From assembly GCA_963796965.1 (NCBI GenBank), contig CAWCNS010000004.1, forward strand, positions 768,001-832,000: a DNA stretch of 64,000 nt. The letters run 5' to 3'. A model generated the notes under the pieces. The model worked only from the letters and a program-made list of their open reading frames with translations, made no database searches and was not told the origin of the DNA. Position 1 is the stretch's first letter. Each line of letters starts with the position of its first letter. Origin of the DNA: Calditrichia bacterium. Lineage in GTDB: Bacteria; Calditrichota; Calditrichia; JAJRVZ01. Below, one piece after another: positions 10,006-22,550 of this stretch. A program made the position numbers and the translations under genes.

Positions 10006-11556
10006 TTATAATTCTACAATCCAAATATTTCTATACTGAACGAGATCACCATGATCCTGAAGTTTAATAGGGCCAGGAAGATTTAATTCATCATTGCTGG
10101 CGCCACCTGTTGTACCTGGTATCTCAATATTGTCATGGATAGGCACACCATTATGAATGACGGTTATGCGTACATTTTCTATAAGATTACCTTGTTTGTT
10201 GAAACGCGGTGCCTGAAAAGTGATATCATATGATTGCCATTGCATTGGAGGGGCACACATATTCACTAAAGGCTTTGCTACTTTATAAATGCCACCACAT
10301 TCATTATCTTCACCGGATAGTCCATAGCTGTCTAATACCTGGACTTCATATCTGCCCTGGTTATAAATGCCACTATTACCCCTCGCCTGTCCCGTTGCAT
10401 TAGGCATATAAGGCGAGCGAAACTCGATATGCAACTGGTAATCTTTGAATTTCTTTTTGGTAACCAAAGATCCAATACCCGGCAATACTTCCATGATGCC
10501 ATCTTTGACAGACCAGCGCGCTGAATAATCCACGTCTGTTAAATCTACTTCCGACCATAAATCTTCATTGTCCGGATTCTTTTCCGGATCAAAAACGTTT
10601 TCTGATACACCCTTTGCATCCACACCTTTTAGAGCATAGGGCCCGGCGACGAGCCATTGGGTTAGAAAATAGTCATTTTTAATTAAATGCTGACTACTTT
10701 TGCCAGTCGTTGATTGATTGTCTTTTTCCAATATATTGGAAAGTGGTTGTCCACTATTATCTATCAGCCTGGCAAAGGTCCCCCAAGCACCACCTTCATT
10801 GGTAATTTTTAACATCACTTTATTCCAACCCTGATTCAGAATGACATCAGCTTTTTCCTGGCCAGGAGATGCGCCTCTTGATATAAAATGAGATACGACT
10901 TGTTTATCGTTAAACCAGGCTTTGATGGCATCATTACTGCCAAGTGAGAGAAGGGCAGGTTGTTTATCATTTGACCATATTTCAGCTTTCATATATATAG
11001 TTGAATGTTGTTTAGCGCCAAAATGTCTGGCCAGATTTATATAACCGACCGGATCATGTTCATGCTCCCAGTTTTCCAGGTTGGTTCCATCAAAAAGAAC
11101 GAGCGCGTTTTTAGGAGGAATTTTTGCCAGAGACGGCGAAAGCCTCACGACTTTTTTCATCTCAAAGGTTCCCTCTTCTGTTCCGGAAAACTTACCTTTA
11201 AACGTTTCCATCTCCAACTGGCCACTCCATTTAACACCACCATTGGTTCCGGAGACGTTGATCTGATAATCCTTCTTGATTCCGTCAAGTTTAGCTATGA
11301 GTGGTTCCCTGGTATCAAATTTTTCCATGATGTTGATGGCGTAGGTACCATCTCGGTAACCCACAACCTGGGCGACGATTGGCTTCTCACCAGCAGAAGA
11401 TTTACGTATTCCCTGCCAGTCCCCCATTAAGGGATCAATGGGAAAAACCTTTTTCTCGTCATTTACCTCATCTGCAACTTTTTCTGGGGTGCAGGCAGAG
11501 AACTGTAAGATTGAGAGCATAGTTGTTAATAAAATCACACTATAAATAAATTTCAT
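10006..11556 (-). CDS. DUF1080 lipoprotein with an inserted beta-sandwich-like (GSND) domain
   Basis: Probable start MKFIYS with FSAC lipobox; LFDGTNLENW, then an insert, then DYQLHIEFR, RGNSG, YEVQVLDS, LQDHG..VQYRNIW. Confidence 0.82.
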   Translation of the reverse strand: MKFIYSVILLTTMLSILQFSACTPEKVADEVNDEKKVFPIDPLMGDWQGIRKSSAGEKPIVAQVVGYRDGTYAINIMEKFDTREPLIAKLDGIKKDYQINVSGTNGGVKWSGQLEMETFKGKFSGTEEGTFEMKKVVRLSPSLAKIPPKNALVLFDGTNLENWEHEHDPVGYINLARHFGAKQHSTIYMKAEIWSNDKQPALLSLGSNDAIKAWFNDKQVVSHFISRGASPGQEKADVILNQGWNKVMLKITNEGGAWGTFARLIDNSGQPLSNILEKDNQSTTGKSSQHLIKNDYFLTQWLVAGPYALKGVDAKGVSENVFDPEKNPDNEDLWSEVDLTDVDYSARWSVKDGIMEVLPGIGSLVTKKKFKDYQLHIEFRSPYMPNATGQARGNSGIYNQGRYEVQVLDSYGLSGEDNECGGIYKVAKPLVNMCAPPMQWQSYDITFQAPRFNKQGNLIENVRITVIHNGVPIHDNIEIPGTTGGASNDELNLPGPIKLQDHGDLVQYRNIWIVEL

Positions 11557-11733
11557 GATTGTCCCTATTGGTTTATTACATTGACGATACTGAGCTTCTG
11601 GATACTCGATTCTCGATATTTGAATCATATCAAGTCCTGAAACAGGTTAATAAAAGTATCCAGTTGCTGTCGTAATATCTCAGAAAAAGCACTTGACAAT
11701 CTTTTTATTCCTGAGATATTTTCCCGTATCCTA

Positions 11734-14700
11734 CTACTTCCCTAATTCAACTTTCAAGCCTTCCAGTTTGCCACCCTCTACAGTTCTGAACCGGGCACAA
11801 CCTCCCCAGGCTCCTCCGGCATTTGTAATTTTGATTAAAACTGTATTGTTGCCTTTTTTCAGTCTTACATTAATTTTATCTTCACCAGGGGTTATACCCC
11901 TGGCCGCATTATTGGCATGAACAAGTTCTCCATTAAGCCATACCTTAACACCATCATTACTGCCGACCTGCATCTGAACGTCCTGGTTCTTATCAGAAAT
12001 CACTACATTTCGTAAATAGGCAACAGGTCCAAAACTGCCCAAAACGACACCAAGATCAATATTCCAGTAGTTCTTCTTGTCACTGTTTTCAGTTACTTTC
12101 TTCCATTCAACAGCTTTCCCCGATTCCGGTGGAAAAACGAAGGCAAAAATATCGGATTCCTGATTCTGATAGGGCCCGGCAACCTCCCATGTTGTAATAA
12201 AATCTTCAAATTTCTCGAGCTCATTTAAGATATTACGGCAATTTTTCTTCAACTCTTCACTATTTATAATTGATAGTGATTTGTACATGATGTCTTTTTT
12301 TGATTGGATATTCTTGCCATCTTTTATTAATCCTCCTGCGATTTTAGTTAAGCTGGCGGCAGCCTCTTGTTGCAGGGTTTTATCATCAATATAGGCTTCG
12401 ACAAACTCAAAGGCGTCAATTGAGATAATTGTTGAAAGACCAGAAAGTACTGCCCGCTTTTCATCTGTATTTGTGGCCAGTTCCATGGCTACTTGGTACA
12501 TCGCCAGAATTTCTTTACTCGATTTATCTTTTTCAAATGAAATGAGTCTTACATAGCCACGCAGGGCAAGAATCTTTGATTTTTCATCTGAGGAGGTTTT
12601 AGCCGCGCCAAGCAGATCATTTAATGGTTTGCTGTCCGGCCAATTAGAAAGTGAGCGAATGGCTGCGGTTTTTATTTCTGGGTTCTTGTCATTAAGAGAG
12701 GTCCTGATAATGGGCAATGATGCAGGATCACCAATTTTTCCAAGCACCTCTAAAAGTGACACCTTGGTCTTCGCATCTTTGGTTGCTTTATATTTCTCAT
12801 TAATTAAGGCGGCTTTCGATTCACCTTCTGGTACTTTTAAAGCAATGGCTGTCACTACTCTCTCAAGTTCCTTGCGTTCTTGCTCTGATTTTGGTTTAGC
12901 AAGATTTTCTAATGCCTCATTCATATAAGCGGGTGTTGCAACGGCTCTAAGAGATCTAAGTGACGCCATTCTCACTTTAGAATCTTTATCCTCGAGTGAT
13001 TTAAAAAGGATGGGAATTCCTGAAGTCATTTGTCTTTCACCGATGGCCACAAGATATTCAGTTTTTAAAATGGGTGTAGCAGATGCCGCATTATTGATAA
13101 TTGTTTTATCAATGCCCGGACCATTGACACGGTAGAGGGCGGTTCGTGCCGTCTGCTTAATGGTCCCTTTGCTTGAAGCCTGCAACTTCAGCAAACAATG
13201 CAACTGATTCTGCATTCTTACTCATAGACAAAGATTTAAGCGCTGCAATTTGTACAGCTTCATTATCACTTTTAACTTGCGTCATCATTGCTTTAACAAC
13301 CGATGGCTCTGTGCGTCCGGCGAGTGCCGAAAGTAGTTGGACTTGACCATCAGCAGATAATTCTGGTAAGAGTCTGGCAATGGCAGTTACATCCTTTTCA
13401 GGTGGAATTACACGAACGAGTTGAATCGCATTTGTCTGTTTACTCTTATTTTCACTTCTAATACCATCCAGTATTAAGACTGAGACATCTTCTTTTGTGG
13501 TCAGGATCATGCCTCTGAGAGCAGCATATTGAATCTGTTTTGCTTCAAAAGGATTATTTAGTGCAGAATATATCTTATTTGCCTTATCTGTCATTCCACT
13601 CTCCATAAATCCAGTTGCTACCAAAAGGTAAGCATCGGCTATTTGAAGATTGGCTTTGTCCCTGGCATGTGCACTTGAAAGTGCTTTAGCTGCATCATCA
13701 CCACCAATTAAACCGATTGAATGGATCGCAGCTGAGGATATCTCCGGATTTTTATCATTTATAAGCGGAATTAACTCGGCGAGCGCTTCTTTATCCTGCC
13801 GATTTCCAAGTGTATTGATAATTCCAACCTTTGTTTTACCCTCTGCATCATCAAGCAGATCTTGTAATTTTTCACTAATCTCTTTTGCAGGGATTCGCTC
13901 TAATGCGTATAAAGCCATCTCGTACGTTTCAGGAGATTCCACCATTTCTATAAGGACAGGAACAGATTTTGAAGTCCCATAGATGCTCAAAACGTGACAG
14001 ATGTATTGTTTTCCTGCCAGAGTAGCATCCCCTTGCAGAAATTCAATCATCATCGTTTCGGTTTTGTTACTTAAAGATTTAGAAGCGGAAGTCAATCGAA
14101 GCAAGGCTGATAAATCCCTCTGTGGTTCGAGTGACTGACCGTATTCATAAGTAGAGATAGACTTTTAATAGTTCAGTAACAACACCCAAGTCTGCTACTT
14201 TTTCTATGTTAAAAGGGACAGGCGTTGCATCAGCCTTCAGATCACCTAGAGCGTACTGAATACCGGCCAAATAATGTTCCAGTATATTTTTATTCCAAAA
14301 AATATCATGATTATGGCCAAAAGAGCAGTAAAAAACCCGACCTTTACCCATCGTACGTATCCAGCTAATCGGAATATCAAGATCTGTGACGGTCACGCCT
14401 TTAGCATTTAGATTTGTTTTATCTTTCATGTCTAAACTAACCAGGATTCGACTGGTTTCTCTCAACCGTCGCGGGTTAACCCGGTAGATCTCATCAGAGA
14501 CAGAAAAATCTTTACCCTCAAAGGATTTGGTAATCGGGCTTTTGGCATCTTCGATCATTATCCGCCAGGTACCGCTGGAACCCCAGGGATGTCCTGCAAA
14601 TACCCCGCCCATCATTTCCGCCGCCTCGGGCCAGTTATAGAAATTATCCGTAGCGGCATGTATTCCAATCACGCCCTTACCACCTTTAATAAAATCCATT

Positions 14701-15077
14701 AGACTTTTTCTCATGGCCGGATCATCAAAGGTTAGTTGGGTCGTATTATTAAAACAGACGGCATCGAACTGATTTAATTGGTCAGGTAGAAAAATGGACA
14801 TATCTTCGCTGTATACCGTTTCGAATGCACCTGTCTTTTTACCCATAATTTCCATCATTTTGGCTGTATAGGGAATAGAGCTGTGCTGGTATCCCATACT
14901 CAGGGAGAAAACCAACACCTTCCTTGCCTTTTTTGCTTTCACCGGTGCCTTTGATGGCATAGCGTTCTCAATTTTATCAATTTCCTGCTCGGTTACCTGG
15001 GCAAATAGGTTGTTACCAAGAAAAATAATCCCGACAACAAGCAGAATTGAAATAATACTCATTTTAAGATTTAACAT
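11734..15077 (-). CDS. Exported ThuA-domain + HEAT-repeat + C-terminal GSND beta-sandwich-like protein (~1100 aa); frameshifts near 14160 and 13185
   Basis: Signal peptide; ThuA motifs (YQHSSIP, GIHAATD, DEIY, GRVFYCSFGH); reads on as ISTYEYGQS into HEAT repeats; three ORFs join by single-base shifts. Confidence 0.72.
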
Positions 15078-15266
15078 TATAATATTCCTTTATTTATAGA
15101 TGAATCAATTTTGATTGTTGATACGTGTTTCGGGATACGCGATCCGGGATACGCGATATGAGACGGATACGAGATATGCGATCCGGGATACCAGATACCG
15201 GATATGTGATTGAAAAAAAGAGTAAATAATACTTGACAAATCATTGATTGAGCGGCACCTTTTTTA

Positions 15267-16669
<1,403 letters not shown>

Positions 16670-16812
16670 TGTTGTCTTAATCCTTTCAAAGAACCCCACG
16701 CAAAGTCGCGGAGACGCAAAGACCAATATAATAAATGTTAGAAAATCTTTGCGACTTAGCGGCTTTGCGAGAGATATATCATTCGTTATTCAAAAACCCT
16801 GAGTGTAAAATT

Positions 16813-17808
16813 TTATTTATTGTCAAACGCTGCGTCAAATGCCAAGTCTGATGGTTGAAAATCGACATCTTTTACAAAATCACATGCTTCTTTGGCGCCG
16901 CGTTCACGTTCCATACCGCTATCTTCCCATTCTACGGATAGAGGACCGGTATATCCAATATGATTAAGTGCTCTGATGATCTCTTCAAAATCAACACCAC
17001 CTCTTCCTAATGAGCGGAAATCCCAACCCCTGTTTTTGTGACCAAAATCCAGGTGAGAAGTTAAGATGCCGGAATAACCATCAAGTTGAATGGCAGCATC
17101 TTTCATATGCACATGATAAATTCGATCGGAGAATTCATTTATAAAAAATACGGGATCAACCATTTGCCAGTGCAAATGGCTGGGATCAAAGTTAAACCCG
17201 AATGTCTTACGATGGTTTATTGCTTCCAAAGCACGTTTGGCTGTAACTATATCGAAAGCTATCTCAGTTGGATGTACTTCAAGGGCAAACTTAACACCGC
17301 ATTCATCAAAAACATCAAGAATAGGATTCCACATCTCTGCGAAATAAGTAAATCCTTCATCAATCAGCTCTGCCGATGCTGGAGGAAAACTGTAAAACAT
17401 ATGCCAAATTGATGAACCAGTGAAGCCATTAACCACTTTCAGACCCAAGTTCTTTGCTGCCCGGGCGGAGTTTTTCATTGACTCAACAGCCCACTCGCGT
17501 TTTTTTTCTGCATCGCCGGCGCAGTCTGACGGAGCAAATCCATCCGATCGACTATCATTGTTTGGATCACAAACCAGCTGTCCGGCCAGATGATTGCTTA
17601 TGGAAAATATCTGTAAATTATTCTTTTTAAGAATGTTGAGTTGTTTGTCACAGTAAGCCTGGTCTTTGGCTGCCCGATCAACATCCATATGATCGCCCCA
17701 GCAAGCTAATTCTAATCCATCATATCCCCATTCGGCTACTTTCTTCGCCAGGGTTTCTAAGGGTAAATCTGCCCATTGTGCAGTACATAAGGTTACCGGC
17801 CTTCCCAT
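16813..17808 (-). CDS. Sugar phosphate isomerase/epimerase (xylose-isomerase-like TIM barrel), cytoplasmic
   Basis: ALEVHP, FNFDPSHL, HVHMKD and LSVEWED metal-ligand motifs; AGGAG RBS; no signal peptide. Confidence 0.88.
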   Translation of the reverse strand: MGRPVTLCTAQWADLPLETLAKKVAEWGYDGLELACWGDHMDVDRAAKDQAYCDKQLNILKKNNLQIFSISNHLAGQLVCDPNNDSRSDGFAPSDCAGDAEKKREWAVESMKNSARAAKNLGLKVVNGFTGSSIWHMFYSFPPASAELIDEGFTYFAEMWNPILDVFDECGVKFALEVHPTEIAFDIVTAKRALEAINHRKTFGFNFDPSHLHWQMVDPVFFINEFSDRIYHVHMKDAAIQLDGYSGILTSHLDFGHKNRGWDFRSLGRGGVDFEEIIRALNHIGYTGPLSVEWEDSGMERERGAKEACDFVKDVDFQPSDLAFDAAFDNK

Positions 17809-17844
17809 TTTATTCTCCTTTTATCGTTTGAATTTTTTTTCTTT

Positions 17845-18022
17845 AACACAAAGAACACAAAGTAGGCACAAAGGTCACAAAGTAAAAACAACTAATAATT
17901 ATGAATTTAGAATTAAGAATGTGAGTAGAAAGTAGTGATAGTATTTTTTATATCAATGTTCTAAATCCTAAAATGTTTTAAGTTTTCTGTGCACTCTGAG
18001 TTTCCTTTGTGTACTTTGTGTT
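17845..18022. repeat. ACACAAAG/CTTTGTGT inverted-repeat family, copy 2
   Basis: aacacaaagaacacaaagtaggcacaaaggtcacaaag ... ctttgtgtactttgtgtt. Confidence 0.7.
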
Positions 18023-18029
18023 TAGTCTT

Positions 18030-19202
18030 TTAGTATTCGACCTTAAACCATTTCTGGTTGCTGGCAGAGCTTTTACAACCGTATCGATAAACACCATTCC
18101 ACGGACACCGTCATCGACATTAGGGAAATCCAACATCAATTCATCCGGTATTTGACCATTTAATTTGGCAATTACCGTATCGGCGAAATTTTTATAAATA
18201 TTCCCTACTGCTTCCAGGAAGGCTTCCGGATGTCCTGAAGGTGTGCGTGTGGCGCGTCCGGCAGCGGTACTTTTTTCACCTACATAATCATTGCCTCGTT
18301 TCCAGACCTTTGTAGGTTGATTTAATCCTTCCACATACAAGTAGTTGGGGTGTTCCGCATGCCATTCAAGTGATTTTTCTGTCCCGTATACCCAGATAGC
18401 TGATATTGTTTTCTTCACCGATTGAAATTTGGCTGGCATGGAGAACACCTTTAGCCCCGTTATTAAAACGAAGCAGACAATTTCCGTCATCATCAAGCCG
18501 CCGGCCTTCTACAAATACAGTCAGATCGGCACAGATTTCTGTGATACGTAAATCTGTGAAATATTCAGCGAGATTTGCGGCATGGGTACCAATGTCACCC
18601 ATACATCCGGCTGCGCCACTCTGTTTCGGATCAGTGCGCCAGGCTGCCTGTTGTTGTCCCGTCTCTTCAATAGGGGTGGCCAACCAGCCTTGTGGATATT
18701 GCACGACAATTTTACGAATTTTTCCAAGGTCACCTTGTTTTATCATGTCTTTGGCTAATTTTGCCATTGGATAACCGGTATAGGTATGCATCAAGCCAAA
18801 TACACAACCCGTTTTTTCAACGATCTTTTTTAATTCCCGGGCCTCTTCTACCGAGACAGTCATTGGTTTTTCACACATGACATGAAATCCCGCTTCCATA
18901 AAATCCCGGGCCATGGGAAAATGCCAGTTGTTAGGCGTGGTGATAGAAACAAAGTCAATCCGTTCGCCTTCGGGTAGTTTTAGTTCACCCCTAATCATAT
19001 CTTCGTAGGTGTTATAGGCTCTATCAGGTGGCAGATGTAATTCTTCACCCATTTGTTTTGATTTAGCCGGATCAATATCGAAAGCACCCGCGACAACTTG
19101 GATAGCGCCATCTAAGCGTGCGGCTTTACGATGAACCTCACCGATAAATGCGCCGGGCCCGCCGCCTATCATTCCCATATTTAATTTTCTGTTTAAACCC
19201 AT
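18030..19202 (-). CDS. Gfo/Idh/MocA-family oxidoreductase, cytoplasmic; frameshifts near 18400 and 18075
   Basis: GMIGGGPGAFIGEVH, CEKP, GDIGTHA; continues PSGHPEAFLE..DFPNVDDGVRGM and ends KSSASNQKWFKVEY-stop at 18030; AGGAGG RBS. Confidence 0.82.
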
Positions 19203-19254
19203 TGATTCCTCCTATGATCGCGATACTATTTTTATAAAATTATCATTTATATAG

Positions 19255-19272
19255 TGGTAAAACGTTTGTCCA
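19255..19272. promoter_or_regulatory. Putative LacI-family-type operator
   Basis: Imperfect palindrome TGGtaAAACGTTTgtCCA with a central CG, ~55 bp upstream of the first cluster gene. Confidence 0.4.
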
Positions 19273-19280
19273 ATAAAAAA

Positions 19281-19392
19281 AATGACAAATGACCAATCTC
19301 AATTGCCAAAATAAATGCCAATGATTCAATTTTATTATATTCAGTTGGCTTGGGATTTGGCATTTATTTGGTATTCGGACTTTGGCATTTGA
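19281..19392. repeat. AATGACAAATG/CATTTG heptamer-like inverted-repeat family
   Basis: aatgacaaatgaccaat..gccaaa..gccaatgattcaa facing ttggcattt..ttggcattt; a very similar copy lies at ~58190-58318. Confidence 0.6.
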
Positions 19393-20032
19393 TCTTAATG
19401 TACTAAAGGATCCACTGGCATAATCTATTTGGATAGATAATGGAATTTTCAGCTAATTTTGGAACAAATTCGGCTGATCAGGTAATCCTAAAGTATAATC
19501 CAAAAATCGTTAATGTGCAATATGTCAGTAGTAATAATTTGGGTGTTTGTTGGATTGCGTGATAGTAGTAATGATTGAGGTAGTAAATTGTAATTTGAAA
19601 TTTGGGATTTGGAATTGGGGATTGGACATTCGATCATGTTGGATATTGGATATCTGGTAGTTGATGCGGGATTTGGGATAGGAGATTTGGCGTTGCAATG
19701 CGAGTAGCGGCAAGATTAATCGCACCGTTACAAAAAGATGTGTTGGAAGAATATTCTGTTCCCACGTTTCACATCTGACATCTGACGTTTGACATTTTAC
19801 ATGAAAATTGAAAAATCCCCTTGCGTTTCTAAAATTGGGGAGGGGGGTGGACCTACCTCACAAGGGGATTTTGGCGGGCTGTATATTTCTTATAACTACA
19901 TACATATTTTCCCTCAAAAAGTTGTATAATACCTAAAAATATAAAAAATTAATATTTTAGATACTTTTCTAAAAGTTAAATATATTTAGTATCAATGATG
20001 AAAAATATAAAATCGATAAAAAGGGAGAATCT

Positions 20033-20362
20033 ATGTCATATTATAGAATAAGTGATACTATCCCCCTCGAATCCATGGCCCCGGGTATTAAGCGTAAAGT
20101 ATTGGCCTATCAGGATAATCTGATGCTTGTAAAAGTGTTCTTCGAAGAGGGAAGTGTGGCGGATATGCATAGCCATCCTCATCAGCAGGTTGGTTATATC
20201 GTAGAGGGAAAGTTTGAGTTTGATATTAGTGGAGATAAGGAATGCTTATCTGCCGGAGATAGTTTTGTTGTTCCGCCCAACGTAATGCATGGTGCAACTT
20301 GTCTCGAAAAGGGAATTGTTATAGATTCGTTCTCACCCATGCGTGAAGATTTTTTAAAATAG
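20033..20362 (+). CDS. kdgF: Cupin protein, KdgF-like (unsaturated uronate linearisation)
   Basis: RKVLAY..LMLVKV, HSHPHQQVGY, PPNVMHG, C-terminal DSFSPMREDFL; precedes kdgK and eda. Confidence 0.75.
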   Translation: MSYYRISDTIPLESMAPGIKRKVLAYQDNLMLVKVFFEEGSVADMHSHPHQQVGYIVEGKFEFDISGDKECLSAGDSFVVPPNVMHGATCLEKGIVIDSFSPMREDFLK

Positions 20363-20465
20363 GTTAAATTCAATAAAAATATATCTATTAATATCTAATA
20401 TGCTAAATTTATTATATCCTATTGATAAATAGGTTAAAAGTAATAACTCTGGAGATATACGTGTA

Positions 20466-21567
20466 ATGGCAGCTTTAACGATTAAACCAAAATCTGAATG
20501 TAAATACGATATCCTGTCCATGGGCGAAATCATGATTCGTCTGGATCCCGGAGAAGGGAGGATTCACACTACCCGGTCTTTTAATGTTTGGGAAGGCGGT
20601 GGTGAATACAATGTGGCCCGCGGTTTAAAAAGATGCTTTAAGAAGGATGCAGCAGTGGTCACGGCTATTGTTGATAATCCAATTGGCAGATTGTTGGAAG
20701 ATCTCATCTTTCAGGGTGGCGTGAATACAGAATATATCCGTTGGGTACCCTTTGACGGAATCGGTCAGAAAACCCGTGTAGGTCTCAATTTTACTGAAAA
20801 AGGGTATGGGGTGCGAGCGGCATTGGGCTGTTCTGACCGTGCGCATACGGCTGCCTCGCAATTAAAGAAAGGTGAGATCGATTGGGAAAAGATATTTGCT
20901 GAAGATGGTGTACGCTGGTTCCATACCGGTGGCATCTTCGCAGCATTATCGCAGACCACACCTGGGGTTATCATAGAAGCCTGTAAAATGGCAAAAAAAT
21001 ATGGTACCATCATTTCTTATGACCTGAACTACCGTCCTTCGTTGTGGAAAGATAGTGGCGGACAGGAGAAAGCGCAGGAAGTTAACAAGGAAATCGCTCA
21101 ATATATTGATGTGATGCTTGGAAATGAGGAAGACTTTACTGCCAGCCTTGGTCTTAAAGTAGAAGGATTAGATGAAAAGATCTCAAAACTAAATCCTGCT
21201 AATTTTAAAAAGATGATTGAAAATGCTGTCGAAACATATCCCAATTTTAAGGCTGTTGCCACGACGCTTCGAAATGCAAAAACAGCAACTAAAAATGATT
21301 GGGGAGCAATTTTATATACCGGAGGTAAATTTTACGATGCCATGCTTGCGAGAAGATCTGGAAATCTATGACCGGGTTGGTGGTGGCGATTCTTTTGCAT
21401 CCGGTCTGATATTTGGTTTAATGGAGGGGAAGGATCCCGAAGAGGCAGTAAACTATGGTGCTGCCCATGGTGCGTTGGCCATGAGCACGCCCGGCGATAC
21501 AACCATGGCCAGCTTGAAAGAGGTTGAAAAGGTGATGCAGGGCAGTGGTGCACGGGTTGATCGTTAA
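20466..21567 (+). CDS. kdgK: 2-dehydro-3-deoxygluconokinase (PfkB family); frameshift near 21350
   Basis: GEIMIRLDP, GGGEYNVA, SYDLNYR, GNEED, then DRVGGGDSFASG in the second frame. Confidence 0.85.
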
Positions 21568-21643
21568 ATGAGTTAAATTTATTATCGTCTGCTTTAAGAC
21601 GAACAAATAAGAAACTTCCACAAATTCCACGAATTAATTTATT

Positions 21644-21773
21644 GAGACTTCTGAAAAATGATTATTTTTACCTGAACGTCATTCTGAACTTGTTTCAGAA
21701 TCCCTTTAAATAGACCCTGAAATAAATTCAGGGTGACGAAAATCAAGTATTTATTACATTTTTCAGAAGTCTC
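21644..21773. mobile_element. MITE-like element with 17-bp terminal inverted repeats enclosing a REP-like double hairpin
   Basis: gagacttctgaaaaatg / catttttcagaagtctc; internal gtcattctgaacttgtttcagaatc and accctgaaataaattcagggt; the inner unit recurs at ~52740-52814. Confidence 0.55.
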
Positions 21774-21853
21774 TTATTATAAATAATAAAATCTATTTAA
21801 TTTGTGAAATTCGTTAAAATTAGTGCAATTCGTGGATACAATAAGAGAAAAAA

Positions 21854-22492
21854 ATGAATAGTGTATATGAGAAAATAAAAAGTCACCGGGTGGTGCCGGT
21901 TATTGCTATCGAAAACCTGGAAGACGCAGTTCCTCTGGCCGATGCTTTAATTGAAGGTGGACTGCCCCTAATCGAAATTACGTTTCGTACATCTGTAGCA
22001 GCGCAAGTTATTTCTATACTTAATAGCGAAAAACCTGGTATATTATTAGGGGCTGGAACTATCCTTACCGCGGATGAATTAAAAGCAGCCGTAGATAATG
22101 GTGCTTCCTTCGGTGTCGCCCCCGGTCTGAATCCTAAAATTGTGGAAGAAGCATTAAAAAATAATTTTCCGTTTATGCCTGGTGTTATGACACCCACTGA
22201 TCTGGAAATGGGACTTTCATTGGGTCTGAGAAATTTTAAATTCTTTCCCGCAGGGGCAGCGGGGGGTGTGTCTTACCTTTCCAGTTTGTCTGCACCTTAT
22301 TCCCACAAAGGCATTCAGTTTGTACCAACCGGTGGTGTAAATACGGGTAATTTAGCAGAGTATTTAGATCTTAGTGCAGTAATGGCAGTTGGAGGAACCT
22401 GGATTGCAAAATCGACTGATATTAAATCTGGCAATTGGGAAAAGATAACTGCGAATTGCCGGGAAGTACATTCATTATTATTGTCAGATTGA
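21854..22492 (+). CDS. eda: KDPG/KHG aldolase
   Basis: IEITFRT, GAGT, PGVMTPTD, KFFPA, PTGGV, AVGGTW. Confidence 0.92.
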   Translation: MNSVYEKIKSHRVVPVIAIENLEDAVPLADALIEGGLPLIEITFRTSVAAQVISILNSEKPGILLGAGTILTADELKAAVDNGASFGVAPGLNPKIVEEALKNNFPFMPGVMTPTDLEMGLSLGLRNFKFFPAGAAGGVSYLSSLSAPYSHKGIQFVPTGGVNTGNLAEYLDLSAVMAVGGTWIAKSTDIKSGNWEKITANCREVHSLLLSD

Positions 22493-22550
22493 TTTCTCTG
22501 GCAAGGATGCAAAGAGAATCAATCAAAGAAAAATTTTAAAGGATTTAATA

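Noticed and set aside
19525..19725. 66-aa ORF rich in QISN/QIPN
   Set aside because: Translation of a degenerate heptamer tract (ATTTGGG/ATATTGG-like)
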